A DNA stretch of 64,000 bases from Spirochaetia bacterium (GCA_038204425.1 JBBRCZ010000002.1:192001-256000); one strand, 5' to 3'. Shown: positions 18,910 through 29,092, counted from the first letter of the stretch. A program made the numbers and translations. Notes: a model not told the origin generated them from the sequence alone.

Positions 18910-19115
18910 TTATAGCTCTTCTAGGAATTATTCCTTAGGGTGTTTTTACCAACTTTAGAATCTTCGATTTCCTAAAAAGAGGTTTGAAAATCCTGAAAGA
19001 GCCGTTCTTTTTTTTGTTTTTTCGAAGCCTCCGATGTTAAGCGAGCCCAGTACTTTATAGGAACAACTACGGCGGTGTGGCGCCTTTTTTCATCGGTTAG
19101 GTATTGAATGGTCAT
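18910..19115 (-). pseudogene. Type II antitoxin-like small protein, broken
   Basis: RBS AAGGAGG; MTIQYLTDEKRRHTAVVVPIKYW...; premature TAG at 18972-18974; frameshifted FLEEL* end; no intact toxin follows. Confidence 0.55.
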
Positions 19116-19334
19116 AAGTTACCTCCTTGGATAATAATACTAAGAATTAGCTTGTTGGTCTTGGTTTTTCTCATTTGCGTGTATTTAATCGTCTAAAAAT
19201 ACCCATCACTCCTTGGAGATTTTTGCAGGTGCTTTTTGGCGCATTAGTGCATTTTTTTTGCGGTAACTTTCTCCTTCAAATAATAGATAACCCACTAGAG
19301 GACAGACCCCAAATAAAAGCAAAGCGAGTCCTAG

Positions 19335-19503
19335 ATCTTCGCGGGAAGCCCAGGCGCGACCAAGGGAGGGCACCAGCGAGGCTCCACCATCAGTGAACGC
19401 TTTCGGGACTGCTCAAACGCGCCGACATAAAAAAGCCGGAAATCTCCACGCATGCTATCCGGCATTACACGGCCACCCATTTACTGGAAAACGCTGCTGC
19501 AGC
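19335..19503 (+). pseudogene. Tyrosine recombinase/integrase fragment
   Basis: IFAGS...TISERFR (frameshift) LLKRADIKKPEISTHAIRHYTATHLLEN contains the HxxRH box II motif. Confidence 0.8.
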
Positions 19504-20407
19504 TGGAGCTGCGACTTTGGCAAATCTATCACTAAAAATAGCAGGTTGGGGTTCTGTCATTATTATGGTTTTTACTTTACAGTTGAGGATTGTTGCTCCT
19601 GCGACTGCAAGTTAAGCTTCCAGATTTGAATGCACTAACACTAGATAAAGCTAAGAAAAGGATCAATCAAGTTCTTACTAACCCAGAAACTCAAACAGGA
19701 ACCGGTGTTGGCATTAAGACAGGAAAACCCGAGACATTATTGATAGAATTATTGATAACTGTACTATTTCCCAAGAAGTTATAGAAAAAATTAACTTCAT
19801 TGATAACATATTTAAGGAAAAAACTGTTTTAGTTGAAGAATGTCTATGGGGCATTAGAATCGAAACTAATCTCCTATACAATAATGTTGAAAATTGGTAT
19901 TTTTTTTGAATTCCCGAGGAACGCAAAGTAGATTGGTTGACATAAATTACTTAAAGATGGCAATCCAGAAAACTAAACATATAAATTTTTGCACTAATTT
20001 AGATCTTATAGTTCCACCAATTCCGGTCTAAGAACTCTTTAAATCTCAACTGAGTCTGTCCCCAAGTAAAGAAATAGCAAAACGTGGCGTGAAAGCTGCA
20101 GGATCAGAATTACCGGAGATTTCAGGTGCTCACGCCCAGAAATGGGGAGAACTTATTGATAGTTTGAAACCATTTTGGGCGAAGTGGAGCGACTATGAAT
20201 GAGACAAATCATAGGCTTACGAAACTCTTTGTGGGGAACAAGATCTTTATTTCCATTTACTTTTTTTTTAGGATTGTTCTCTTCTGCATTGTTCTCTATG
20301 TATTCGATATATCTTTTGAACACAATACCTTCTTTGTGAAAGTTATTTGAGTTCATTAGAGTAGTGATGCCTGAAAGTGGGCCGCCAATCCATCCCCTGC
20401 CGGTTGG

Positions 20408-20443
20408 CCTCCTTCTGGCGAAACCAATCTTGACAGGTACTGC
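20408..20443 (+). repeat. Direct repeat copy 2, overlapping the tRNA 3' end by 3 nt
   Basis: cctccttctggcgaaaccaatcttgacaggtactgc. Confidence 0.8.
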
Positions 20444-20514
20444 CCCGAGCGCGATTCGAACGCGCGACCTACAGCTTAGGAGGCTGTCGCTCTATCCAAC
20501 TGAGCTACCGGAGC
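20441..20514 (-). tRNA. tRNA-Arg (CCT)
   Basis: GCTCCGG acceptor stem, D arm TAGCTCAGTTGGATAGAGC, anticodon arm ACAGC-CTCCTAA-GCTGT, T arm GCGCG-TTCGAAT-CGCGC; CCA not encoded. Confidence 0.97.
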
Positions 20515-20653
20515 ATGCTTGGAATGGATCTATTGTTCCAGCGCGCTAAGTAATAACACAGTTTTGCTTTAGTGAAAAGCATGCAGTGACGGCACTACAT
20601 AAATTGTCTAGGTCGCGCTTTTGACTAAAGCCAGGCTGGCATTGTCCGACACT

Positions 20654-20682
20654 AAAAGAAAAGCCCCCACGATTGTGAGGGC
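20654..20682 (-). terminator. Intrinsic terminator after htrA
   Basis: Minus strand GCCCTCAC-AATC-GTGGGGGC-TTTTCTTTT; a second GC hairpin lies at ~20692-20727. Confidence 0.7.
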
Positions 20683-20772
20683 CAGGCTTCAGGGGATCCG
20701 GTGGAAGGTAAGTTTTCCGGGTCCCCCATTTTATTTTCCGATATCAAACCAAAATATGCAAGTACTCTCTAA

Positions 20773-22365
20773 CTATCGTGACCAACTCAAACTGATTTCT
20801 CGGCCATTGCGTTTGACGGTCAGGTTAATTTGACGAGTTGCGCTACTATTGAGGGCGGTGTAAAACTCCGCGGCGTTTTTAAGGTCTTTGCCGTTGATTT
20901 TTACCAGCTCGTCACCTGCTCGTAGTCCGGCGTCAGCGGCTGAGGTACCTTCTTGTACGCTCACTACAACCAGCGATCCTATCGCTAACTCTGTCCGCAC
21001 TTGGCGCTTCATGTCGTTAGTTAAGGGCATTACGCTAAATCCTGGCCAATAAGAATCACTCTTTACGTCTTCTACGCGTAGGCCAAGGGTTACGTTTAGG
21101 GTTTGTTCTTTGCCTTGTCTTATCAACTTGAGTGCAATTACCGTCTTAGCATCAAAGCCGGCGATAGTCCTAACTAGGTCATCACCTGACTTTATGGCAG
21201 CATTGTTGACATGGGTAATCAAGTCTCCTGGTCGTAGTCCAGCTTGTTCGGCAGGACTATCTTTAATGGTATTGTAGACAAAGGCTCCCTCGCGTCCCTT
21301 GAGGCCCAGCACCTCTCTATTTTCTTCTATTATGTTATTGGGTGTTACGCCAAGCCAGCCATATTCTACTTTGCCCTTGTTGATAAAGTCAGTTGCAACT
21401 TTTCGAGCGTTGTTAATGGGTACCGCAAAACCGAGTCCAACGTTTTCGCCAGTCCGGGTTGCTATCCAGGTGTTAATGCCAACTACTTCTCCTGCAATAT
21501 TGACTAAGGCACCGCCTGAGTTACCGGGGTTTATAGCAGCGTCGGTTTGCAGGTAGTCGGTAAAGGCGCCAATGGCAGCTCGGCTGTCGGGCAGGTCGCT
21601 GGAAGTTCTGCCAACAGCGCTCACAATTCCCTGTGTTACGGTATTCTGGATTCCATAGGGGCTGCCGATGGCAAAGACTATGTCACCAGGACGCATGGCA
21701 GATGAGTCTCCGAGGCGTGCTAAGGCCAGTTTTTCTGAACTTGCAAAAGACAGGATAGCCAAGTCTCGGTTAGCATCTTTTCCTACGATATTGGCTTCGT
21801 ATTCTTTGCCGTTACTCGTTTTGATCAAATACTTGTCTGCACCGTCCACCACGTGATTGTTGGTGAGTACATAGTAGGTTTCACCTTTTTGCTCAACCAA
21901 TATCCCGCTTCCAAATCCACCTTGATAGCGCGGCTCAGCCTCGCTTTCTTCTTGCTCTTGATTGCGTCGGTTGTTTCCAAATGGGCCCGGTTGACCATTA
22001 AAAAAAAACTCAAACGGGTTGGCTCGTGGGTTGACCTTTCGTTTGACATCAACCCTAACTACTACGGGCAAAACGTTATCGGCGATTGCTCGTGAAGCAG
22101 TTTGAAAAGCCTGCAAAACGCTTAGACTGGCTTCAAGATTGGGCTGTGGAGTGTTACTGCCCGTAGAAAGCTGATTGTAAGCTTCTGCATTGCCACTGGC
22201 TAGGCGGTTAGGCAGCAGGCTTTGGTTGGTGTAGTAGCCTTTGTCACCATCTAAAATGTTTGCCAGTCCAAAACCAGCAAAGAAAAGTAGCCCTATGGCT
22301 AAGCCGCCAACTAGGACAAGGCGGCCTTTATTGGTAAAAAATTGAGTGATTCGCTGCAATGACAT
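20773..22365 (-). CDS. htrA: Do/HtrA family serine endopeptidase with two PDZ domains
   Basis: GSG, LTNNHVV, DLAIL, QTDAAINPGNSGGAL; N-terminal TM helix; RBS GGAGG before ATG 22365. Confidence 0.93.
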   Translation of the reverse strand: MSLQRITQFFTNKGRLVLVGGLAIGLLFFAGFGLANILDGDKGYYTNQSLLPNRLASGNAEAYNQLSTGSNTPQPNLEASLSVLQAFQTASRAIADNVLPVVVRVDVKRKVNPRANPFEFFFNGQPGPFGNNRRNQEQEESEAEPRYQGGFGSGILVEQKGETYYVLTNNHVVDGADKYLIKTSNGKEYEANIVGKDANRDLAILSFASSEKLALARLGDSSAMRPGDIVFAIGSPYGIQNTVTQGIVSAVGRTSSDLPDSRAAIGAFTDYLQTDAAINPGNSGGALVNIAGEVVGINTWIATRTGENVGLGFAVPINNARKVATDFINKGKVEYGWLGVTPNNIIEENREVLGLKGREGAFVYNTIKDSPAEQAGLRPGDLITHVNNAAIKSGDDLVRTIAGFDAKTVIALKLIRQGKEQTLNVTLGLRVEDVKSDSYWPGFSVMPLTNDMKRQVRTELAIGSLVVVSVQEGTSAADAGLRAGDELVKINGKDLKNAAEFYTALNSSATRQINLTVKRNGREISLSWSR

Positions 22366-22492
22366 TCTTTTGATCCTCCAACATGAATACAACAAAAATG
22401 TACTATGATTACAAGCAGGTACAAAAGAATTGTGAGTTTTTGGCATTGCGGCCAAACTCGCCTCAGTGCTGACGGAGAACTTAAGTAATAAA

Positions 22493-25036
22493 ATGAAAAA
22501 ACAGCAGGCGCGTGACAAACTGTACAGGATAGCCTTAGTTTGTTCTAATCCTAGTGATGAGTTTCAGGCAACCTATGTCAATTACTTGCGTGCAGCTGCT
22601 CGCGACAATGGTATGCGCCTGATTGTAGTCGACGGCAGCGCGCTCTCAATTGACGTCCAAAATGGCCGCGGAAGCAACTTTGTGATCCACATGCTTTCTT
22701 CGCAATATATCGATGGTCTCATAATTTTAGGCGGAGCCTTTGGTTTTTTTGATCGACGGGGCGAGCTAGAATCCCTCTTTGCACGTTTTCCCTCTTTGCC
22801 CTTGGTTTCAATTGGTCGCGTTGTTGATGGGTATTTTTCTATTTTGACCGAAAACTATTCTGGCATGTTTGACATGGTTAGGCACATGATTAAGGTTCAT
22901 GGATGTCGTAGGCTGGTCTTTTTGGGAGGTCCAGAGCGTCACACGGAAGCTGATGAACGCTTGCAGGGTTTTAAAGATGCCTTGATACATGAGGGTTTAA
23001 CTTTTAACCCGCTATGGCATGTAGAGGCAGGTTTTGACAGGCAAGGTGGAGAGACGGCGATGGAAACCATGCTCTCGGTGCGCAAAATGCAGCCAGACTG
23101 TGTGGTGGCTGCCAATGATTCGGCCCTTTTGGGTGCTTTGCAGGTTTTGGATAGACATGGCTTGCGCGTGCCTGATGATGTCAAGGTTGCCGGTTTTGAC
23201 AACACGCTCAATGGTCGACTCAACTTGCCGGCTTTAACTACGGTTGGTCAGCCCTACCGTGAAATTTCTCATCGCGCTTTTGCGTATTTGGGTGATCGTT
23301 TGGACGGCATCAAACCTATCGAATCGGCAGTCTTGGTTTGTTCCAGAATGATTTTTAGGTCATCGTGCGGTTGCCATCCTTCCCGATGGACTGACACGGT
23401 TGGGGTAGAAAAATCCACACAAAGCAAGAATCTATCAATAGCGATCAAGGATCATGAGGCCGACATGGGCATGGTGGTCAGTTCGGTTGCGGAGGCAATT
23501 TTGGCCAATGTAGAAGGTGGCCGCTACCTGTTTGCCAAGACGCCATTTATGTTGAGTCTCTATAATTTTGTAAGCGTGGTTCTCAAAAATGCGCCTGATT
23601 GTAACGTGCACGCTTGCTTGCGAGAAGCAAATGGACTCTCGACTTGGTGCCACAATGCCAATTTAGAAGTCTCCAATTGGCACCTAGTATTGCAAATTAT
23701 TGTTTCTTATTTTAAGAGTAAAACTGGTCTTGACCAAGAAGAACATAGGGTTTTTTGGATCGGGTTGGAGGCCTTGCTACGCGAACTTGACTCAAGGATT
23801 TTGATGCAAGAGCGTTTTAGGGATCACTACATTTCCAATGAGGCCTTACAACTTTCTACCAGGTTGGTGGCCGTTGGTGACAATCAAGATCACCTGCGTA
23901 GAATAGTTGGCGCTTGGCTTGTCCGTTTGGGTATAGCCAAAGCGTATTTGATTCTGCTCGACAACAATATGGTTTCAGCAGTCAGTGGCACGGATGGGCC
24001 AAGCCCTCATCGTGGAAGAGTTTTTGTGGCCACAAATACTGCTGATAGCACCTTGCTTGAGAATTCTTTTGAGGTACGGGAGCTTTTACCGCGCGGGGTC
24101 GATGCCTTAGGCGCCGAAGATCTTGTGCTGTTTCCCTGTCATGTGGAAGGTGAAGTCTTTGCCTACTTGTTGACCAATTCTTTGGATATTCCCATGTCGT
24201 TATACACCTTTACGACGGTGAGCATTTCTTCGGCACTCAATGTCCATGATATGTTGCGCATTGTCAGACATCATAGTGCCGAAGTAGAGGCTGTTGTAGA
24301 CCAACGAACGCTCGAACTACGTATGGCCAACGATAGCTTGCGCGAAATTAGCTATAGTGACCAATTAACTGGCCTCAAAAACCGTCGTTACTTGATGGAC
24401 GTAATTGCGCCTGAGGCAAGAAACCTGCAACGGGCAGGCTATATGCGCAGCGAAGGCAAGCCAGACTTTTTGGGAGCAGAAAACGAAAGTCTGGAGCGCC
24501 TTGGCCTAATTATGGTGGATCTTGACCACTTTAAGCTGGTCAATGACCAGTTTGGGCACATGGCGGGGGATCTGGTTCTCAAACAAGTTGCAGAAATTTT
24601 TAAAAATAATGTGCGTAAGCAAGACGCTTTGCTGCGTTGGGGTGGAGAAGAGTTTTTAATCGTCTTACGAGGCTTTTCTAACAAGTCATTGGCCTTAGGC
24701 GAACTGGCCGAAAAAGTGCGCTTGGCGGTCAAACGCCATAGCTTTAAGATTGGACCCAGAAATTCTATTAGCTGCACTTGCTCGTTGGGGTGTTTTATGT
24801 ATCCACCCGAACTAGACGAGGGTATCCCGATAGACTTTAACCATGCTTTGTCTTTGGCCGACAACGCGCTCTACGCTGCCAAACGTGGCGGGCGAGATCA
24901 AACTATCTTGGCCAGCTTGTCGCGCCCTTCTCAATGGCAGTTGCAGGGCGCGTCGCGTATAATTTCTGGCTTTTTGGCTTCTGTCGAACAGGGCCTAATC
25001 AGCCTTGAGCGACAAGGACCAAGTTTGGATCGTTAG
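22493..25036 (+). CDS. Diguanylate cyclase with N-terminal LacI-type sugar-binding domain
   Basis: Peripla_BP motifs (ERLQGF, VAANDSALLG, VPDDVKVAGFDN, LTTVGQP); DQLTGLKNRR, DLDHFKLVNDQFGH, I-site RKQD, GGEEF. Confidence 0.9.
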   Translation: MKKQQARDKLYRIALVCSNPSDEFQATYVNYLRAAARDNGMRLIVVDGSALSIDVQNGRGSNFVIHMLSSQYIDGLIILGGAFGFFDRRGELESLFARFPSLPLVSIGRVVDGYFSILTENYSGMFDMVRHMIKVHGCRRLVFLGGPERHTEADERLQGFKDALIHEGLTFNPLWHVEAGFDRQGGETAMETMLSVRKMQPDCVVAANDSALLGALQVLDRHGLRVPDDVKVAGFDNTLNGRLNLPALTTVGQPYREISHRAFAYLGDRLDGIKPIESAVLVCSRMIFRSSCGCHPSRWTDTVGVEKSTQSKNLSIAIKDHEADMGMVVSSVAEAILANVEGGRYLFAKTPFMLSLYNFVSVVLKNAPDCNVHACLREANGLSTWCHNANLEVSNWHLVLQIIVSYFKSKTGLDQEEHRVFWIGLEALLRELDSRILMQERFRDHYISNEALQLSTRLVAVGDNQDHLRRIVGAWLVRLGIAKAYLILLDNNMVSAVSGTDGPSPHRGRVFVATNTADSTLLENSFEVRELLPRGVDALGAEDLVLFPCHVEGEVFAYLLTNSLDIPMSLYTFTTVSISSALNVHDMLRIVRHHSAEVEAVVDQRTLELRMANDSLREISYSDQLTGLKNRRYLMDVIAPEARNLQRAGYMRSEGKPDFLGAENESLERLGLIMVDLDHFKLVNDQFGHMAGDLVLKQVAEIFKNNVRKQDALLRWGGEEFLIVLRGFSNKSLALGELAEKVRLAVKRHSFKIGPRNSISCTCSLGCFMYPPELDEGIPIDFNHALSLADNALYAAKRGGRDQTILASLSRPSQWQLQGASRIISGFLASVEQGLISLERQGPSLDR

Positions 25037-25988
25037 TCTGGGCGCTTTCAATAAGCGAGTCACTTTGGCTAGCGCTTGAGACCGGCACTTGGGCGCCTTT
25101 GGGATAGATGCGGTATTTTTTTACGAATCCGCATGGCAGGTAGGTCATTTTTGACTGCCTCAGACCGGGGTTGCCAAGATCTTGCTCGCGATTAATGTAC
25201 TGGTAGTGCTTGGGCAAAATTGCAGCAAATGCCATGTTAATAAACTGATAAACACCCTTAAACGATGATATGCCTTTTTCAAAATGAACAACAAATGTTT
25301 TGCCTTTTTGTAGACCCTCACCCAACGTATAGGCAGCTGGTACGCCGTCTGCATGTACCATGTAGCCGCATAGACCTAGCTCTTTGCACAGGTCCAAGCC
25401 TTCTTTGCTGGCAAAGTAGTCATCGTCCTGGCCGCGTTCTACGCGCCACGTCTCGAGTACAGAATAGGCTTCTTTGAGACTTTCGCCGCAAAACTTTTTC
25501 TCTTGGTATTGATAGTTATTGATAAAAGCGTTTACGTGGTTGCGTTTTTTGTGATATTTGCGTCCGCTAAGTTCTGCCAAGTCTTCTCTTAAGTAAAGGT
25601 AGTCAAAGTTGTCACGGTCTTCCCACACAAAACAACCGGCCAGCTCTGACCACACTCTCACGGAATCGGCAAATCGCCCGGCTAAGCCCTTTACGTAGTC
25701 AACCTCAGCAAGCATCTGGGTTCTTAGCACAAGGTCATCCGGTAAGCCGCAAGGGAAGGCATAAAAAGTCTGTCCTTCTTTGATTCCCTTAATGATCAAA
25801 CGACGCTTGGTCTCTTGCTTAGTGTTTGGAACCCAAGCCATTTGGTACTGGTAGGTGTTTCTAAAAAGGTAGAGACCCGCAAAGGTGTACTCTGAAATAC
25901 CATCATCTAAGAGGCTTAGTCCTGGGTGAAGTTCAGAGCGCATATCCAAAGAAATAGGTAAAAAGGTAGGGTAGTCGCATATTGCCAT
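24999..25988 (-). CDS. DUF2156 / phosphatidylglycerol aminoacyltransferase-like domain protein
   Basis: SEYTF, DRDNFDYLY, LSGRKYHKKRNHVN, VHFEKG, INREQDLGNPGLRQSKMTY. Confidence 0.85.
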   Translation of the reverse strand: MAICDYPTFLPISLDMRSELHPGLSLLDDGISEYTFAGLYLFRNTYQYQMAWVPNTKQETKRRLIIKGIKEGQTFYAFPCGLPDDLVLRTQMLAEVDYVKGLAGRFADSVRVWSELAGCFVWEDRDNFDYLYLREDLAELSGRKYHKKRNHVNAFINNYQYQEKKFCGESLKEAYSVLETWRVERGQDDDYFASKEGLDLCKELGLCGYMVHADGVPAAYTLGEGLQKGKTFVVHFEKGISSFKGVYQFINMAFAAILPKHYQYINREQDLGNPGLRQSKMTYLPCGFVKKYRIYPKGAQVPVSSASQSDSLIESAQTNDPNLVLVAQG

Positions 25989-26065
25989 TATTTGAATATA
26001 GTCACGATTATATAAAGAAGTAAAGTACCTTGCATGCGCTCTAGTCTGACTGGTATCATAGTGGT

Positions 26066-27229
26066 ATGAATCTTAACAAACATCGCGTCGGTGCCTACCT
26101 TAAGGGCTCCGGAAAAACAAGCTCAGACAAAAAAAACACCGAAGACAATAAGCAAGATGCGCTTATCAAAAAGGTCAGCCAGCCTGAGTCTAATAAAAGC
26201 AAACCAAGCTCTAGTAAGCTTGATGCGCCGCGCGGTGATGACAAACCTAATCGAAGTGATATTGCCAAATACCTGATGGTCATTGGTCGTGAAGACGCAT
26301 CTAAAATCCTCAAACATTTGGATCCTAGTGAAGTCGAAGCCATAGTGAGAGAGATTGCCTCCATCAAGTATTTGAGCGCCGAAGAAAGCCAGGCGGTTTT
26401 GGAACGATTTAAAGGCCTCGTTAAGGTTGGCGCTCCATCTGCTGGTGGTGTGGACACGGCCCGCTCCATTTTGGTTCAGGCCTTTGGCGAAGAGCGTGGC
26501 GGCCAATTGATGCGTCAGGCCATGCCAAAAAACCACGATCCGTTTTTCCGATTTATACAAGACTATGAACCGCAACAGATTGCCCAAGTTCTACGTCATG
26601 AGTCGATGGGTGTTAAGGCTATCGTCTTGGCCTATGTTCCCGCGGCGTTTGCCGCAAACATTCTCAAACTCTTACCCAAGGAAGATCAACGAGACATTGT
26701 GGTTCGCATCTCGCGCATTCAAAAAGTAGAAAAAGACGTCTTGATTAGGATTGAAGAAGGACTTAAGCAACGAATTATAAGCACTGGTAAAGTTTCCGAC
26801 GAAGAGATCGATGGCAAGTCCAGTCTGGCTGCAATTATGCGCCACCTCGATCCCGATATGGAGCAACGTTTAGTTGGAATATTGGAAACCGAAGCGCCAG
26901 AAATTGCCGAAGACATAAAAGAACGACTGTTTACCGTTGATTCGATTCTTTTGATAGACGATAGGGACTTCCAAAAGCTACTTACGGGTCTAGAAAACAA
27001 ACATTTGGCCACTATTCTTAAGGGCAAGTCTGACGAGATTCGCAAAAAAATTGTCAGCAATGTCAGCGAGAATCGCGCCCAACTTATAGCCGAAGAGTAT
27101 CAAAATTTGGGTGCCGTGCGCAAAAAAGATGTCGATGAGGCCACCAGAGATTTTATTAGTTGGCTACGTCGGTTAGAGCAAGAAGGAAGTTTGACCTTAC
27201 ACAGAGACGACGAAGAATACGTTAACTAA
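26066..27229 (+). CDS. fliG: Flagellar motor switch protein FliG paralog
   Basis: AKYLMVIG..ASKILKHL, GGVDTARSIL, LRHES, EIAEDIKERLFT, NVSENRAQLIAEE. Confidence 0.88.
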   Translation: MNLNKHRVGAYLKGSGKTSSDKKNTEDNKQDALIKKVSQPESNKSKPSSSKLDAPRGDDKPNRSDIAKYLMVIGREDASKILKHLDPSEVEAIVREIASIKYLSAEESQAVLERFKGLVKVGAPSAGGVDTARSILVQAFGEERGGQLMRQAMPKNHDPFFRFIQDYEPQQIAQVLRHESMGVKAIVLAYVPAAFAANILKLLPKEDQRDIVVRISRIQKVEKDVLIRIEEGLKQRIISTGKVSDEEIDGKSSLAAIMRHLDPDMEQRLVGILETEAPEIAEDIKERLFTVDSILLIDDRDFQKLLTGLENKHLATILKGKSDEIRKKIVSNVSENRAQLIAEEYQNLGAVRKKDVDEATRDFISWLRRLEQEGSLTLHRDDEEYVN

Positions 27230-27297
27230 AAACCCGTTGCCGATAGGCCAAAATAAAGATAGTATCAAGCCACCAAAAACGCTGTGGAGATACTGCT

Positions 27298-29091
27298 ATG
27301 ACCGCACAAGAGCTACGAAAAAAATATATTGAGTTTTTTAAGACCAAAGGCCATGCCGAAATTTCGGGCAAGAGTCTGATTCCAGAAAATGATCCTACGG
27401 TTCTTTTTAACACAGCAGGCATGCAGCCTTTGGTTCCCTATCTCTTAGGTGCCGTACATCCATTGGGGATTCGGCTATGTGACGTCCAAAAATGTGTCAG
27501 AACCGGCGATATAGAGAGCGTTGGTGACCCTAGTCACCTTACTTTTTTTGAAATGCTAGGCAACTGGTCACTGGGTGACTACTTTAAGAAAGAGGCCATT
27601 GGCTGGAGCTATGAGTTTTTAACAAGTCCACAGTGGTTGGGCATTGCTTCAGACAAACTGTGGGTAACAGTCTTTGCTGGTGAAGAAGGCATTCCACGTG
27701 ACGATGAGTCAGCATCAATCTGGAAGTCTTTGGGTATCGCTGTTAGTCGCATTTCTTACTTGCCGCGCAAGGACAACTGGTGGGGACCGGCTGGTCCAAC
27801 CGGGCCTTGTGGCCCTGACACCGAAATGTTCTATGACACCGGAAGAGTGTGTGCCAAAGGCACAGAATGTCTTGGCCCAGCCTGCACTTGTGGTAAGTGG
27901 CTAGAAATCTGGAACGATGTCTTTATGCAATACAACAAACAAGCCGATGGCAGCTACAGTTTGTTGCCCAAGCCCAATGTCGATACCGGTATGGGTCTAG
28001 AGCGCACCTCCACTATTTTGCAAGGCAAAAAATCAGTCTACGAAACCGAACTTTTTATTCCTATCATAAAGGCCGTCGAAAAGGTGACCGCTGTAGTCTA
28101 TGGTTTAAATGATGAGGCGGACACTAACGTGCGTATAATTTGCGACCACGTAAAGACTGCCTGTTTTATTCTTGGAGACGACTTGGGGGTTAAACCGTCC
28201 AACCTAGGGCAGGGTTATGTTTTACGGCGCTTGATCCGACGCGCGGTGCGCTGTGGCCGTAAGCTAGGGCACCATCAACCTTTCTTGCCAGCCGTCGCTG
28301 ATGCAGTGCTAGAAATCTACCGCGATGCCTATCCAGAAGTGGCTGCTCGTCGTGACATGATTGCCGGAGAACTAGGCCGAGAAGAAGAGCGATTTCTCAA
28401 GACGATAGAACTCGGTGAGCACGAGTTTGCAAAAATTCTCCCCAACTTGCTCAAGAACCCCAAAAAAGAAATCCCCGGTCGCTTGGCATTTAAACTCTAC
28501 GACACGTTTGGTTTTCCAATCGAAATTACCGAAGAACTGGCAACTGAAAACGCAATGACCGTCGACCGAGTTGGCTTTGACGAAGCCTTTGCCAAGCACC
28601 AGGAAGTCTCTAAGGCTGGCGCCGACAAGACTTTTAAAGGCGGACTTGCCGACCACGGCGAGCTTACTACACGCCTGCATACCGCTACACACCTGATGCA
28701 CAAGGCGCTTCAGATGGTCTTGGGCCAAGGCGCCAAACAAAAAGGTAGCAATATTACCACTGAGCGCCTGCGTTTTGATTTTTCGCACCCAAGCAAAATG
28801 ACTGATGAAGAGCTCAAGCGAGTAGAAGCCATTGTAAACCAACAGATTAAACGTAAGTTGCCCGTGCTTATGTCCACCATGCCACTTGCCGAGGCCAAGA
28901 CACTAGGTGCCATGGCGCTTTTTGGCGAAAAGTACGAAGAGCTGGTCAAGGTTTACATGATTGGTGACTTTTCTACCGAAGTTTGTGGTGGTCCTCATGT
29001 AAACAATACCGAAGAGCTGGGTAGCTTTAAGATTCTCAAGGAAGAGGCCAGTTCGGCAGGGGTGCGCCGCATCAGAGCTGTTTTAGAATAA
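27298..29091 (+). CDS. alaS: Alanine--tRNA ligase (short form lacking the C-Ala domain)
   Basis: DPTVLFNTAGMQP, HLTFFEMLGNWSLGDYFK, GPCGPDTE, DTGMGLER, HTATHL, EVCGGPHV, GVRRIRA. Confidence 0.97.
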   Translation: MTAQELRKKYIEFFKTKGHAEISGKSLIPENDPTVLFNTAGMQPLVPYLLGAVHPLGIRLCDVQKCVRTGDIESVGDPSHLTFFEMLGNWSLGDYFKKEAIGWSYEFLTSPQWLGIASDKLWVTVFAGEEGIPRDDESASIWKSLGIAVSRISYLPRKDNWWGPAGPTGPCGPDTEMFYDTGRVCAKGTECLGPACTCGKWLEIWNDVFMQYNKQADGSYSLLPKPNVDTGMGLERTSTILQGKKSVYETELFIPIIKAVEKVTAVVYGLNDEADTNVRIICDHVKTACFILGDDLGVKPSNLGQGYVLRRLIRRAVRCGRKLGHHQPFLPAVADAVLEIYRDAYPEVAARRDMIAGELGREEERFLKTIELGEHEFAKILPNLLKNPKKEIPGRLAFKLYDTFGFPIEITEELATENAMTVDRVGFDEAFAKHQEVSKAGADKTFKGGLADHGELTTRLHTATHLMHKALQMVLGQGAKQKGSNITTERLRFDFSHPSKMTDEELKRVEAIVNQQIKRKLPVLMSTMPLAEAKTLGAMALFGEKYEELVKVYMIGDFSTEVCGGPHVNNTEELGSFKILKEEASSAGVRRIRAVLE

Positions 29092-29092
29092 G

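Larger units (their letters stand above)
12396..20443. mobile_element. Decayed genomic island adjacent to tRNA-Arg(CCT)
   Basis: Flanking 36-bp direct repeats, AT-rich segments, IS21 and tyrosine-recombinase fragments, many pseudogenes. Confidence 0.7.

Noticed and set aside
13334..18974. Stop-codon reassignment explaining in-frame stops in island genes
   Set aside because: The stops are of all three types (TAA, TGA, TAG) and co-occur with frameshifts, so ordinary pseudogenisation is simpler
26066..29091. Orphan fliG and truncated alaS as anomalies
   Set aside because: A second stand-alone FliG and a short AlaS are known features of spirochaetes
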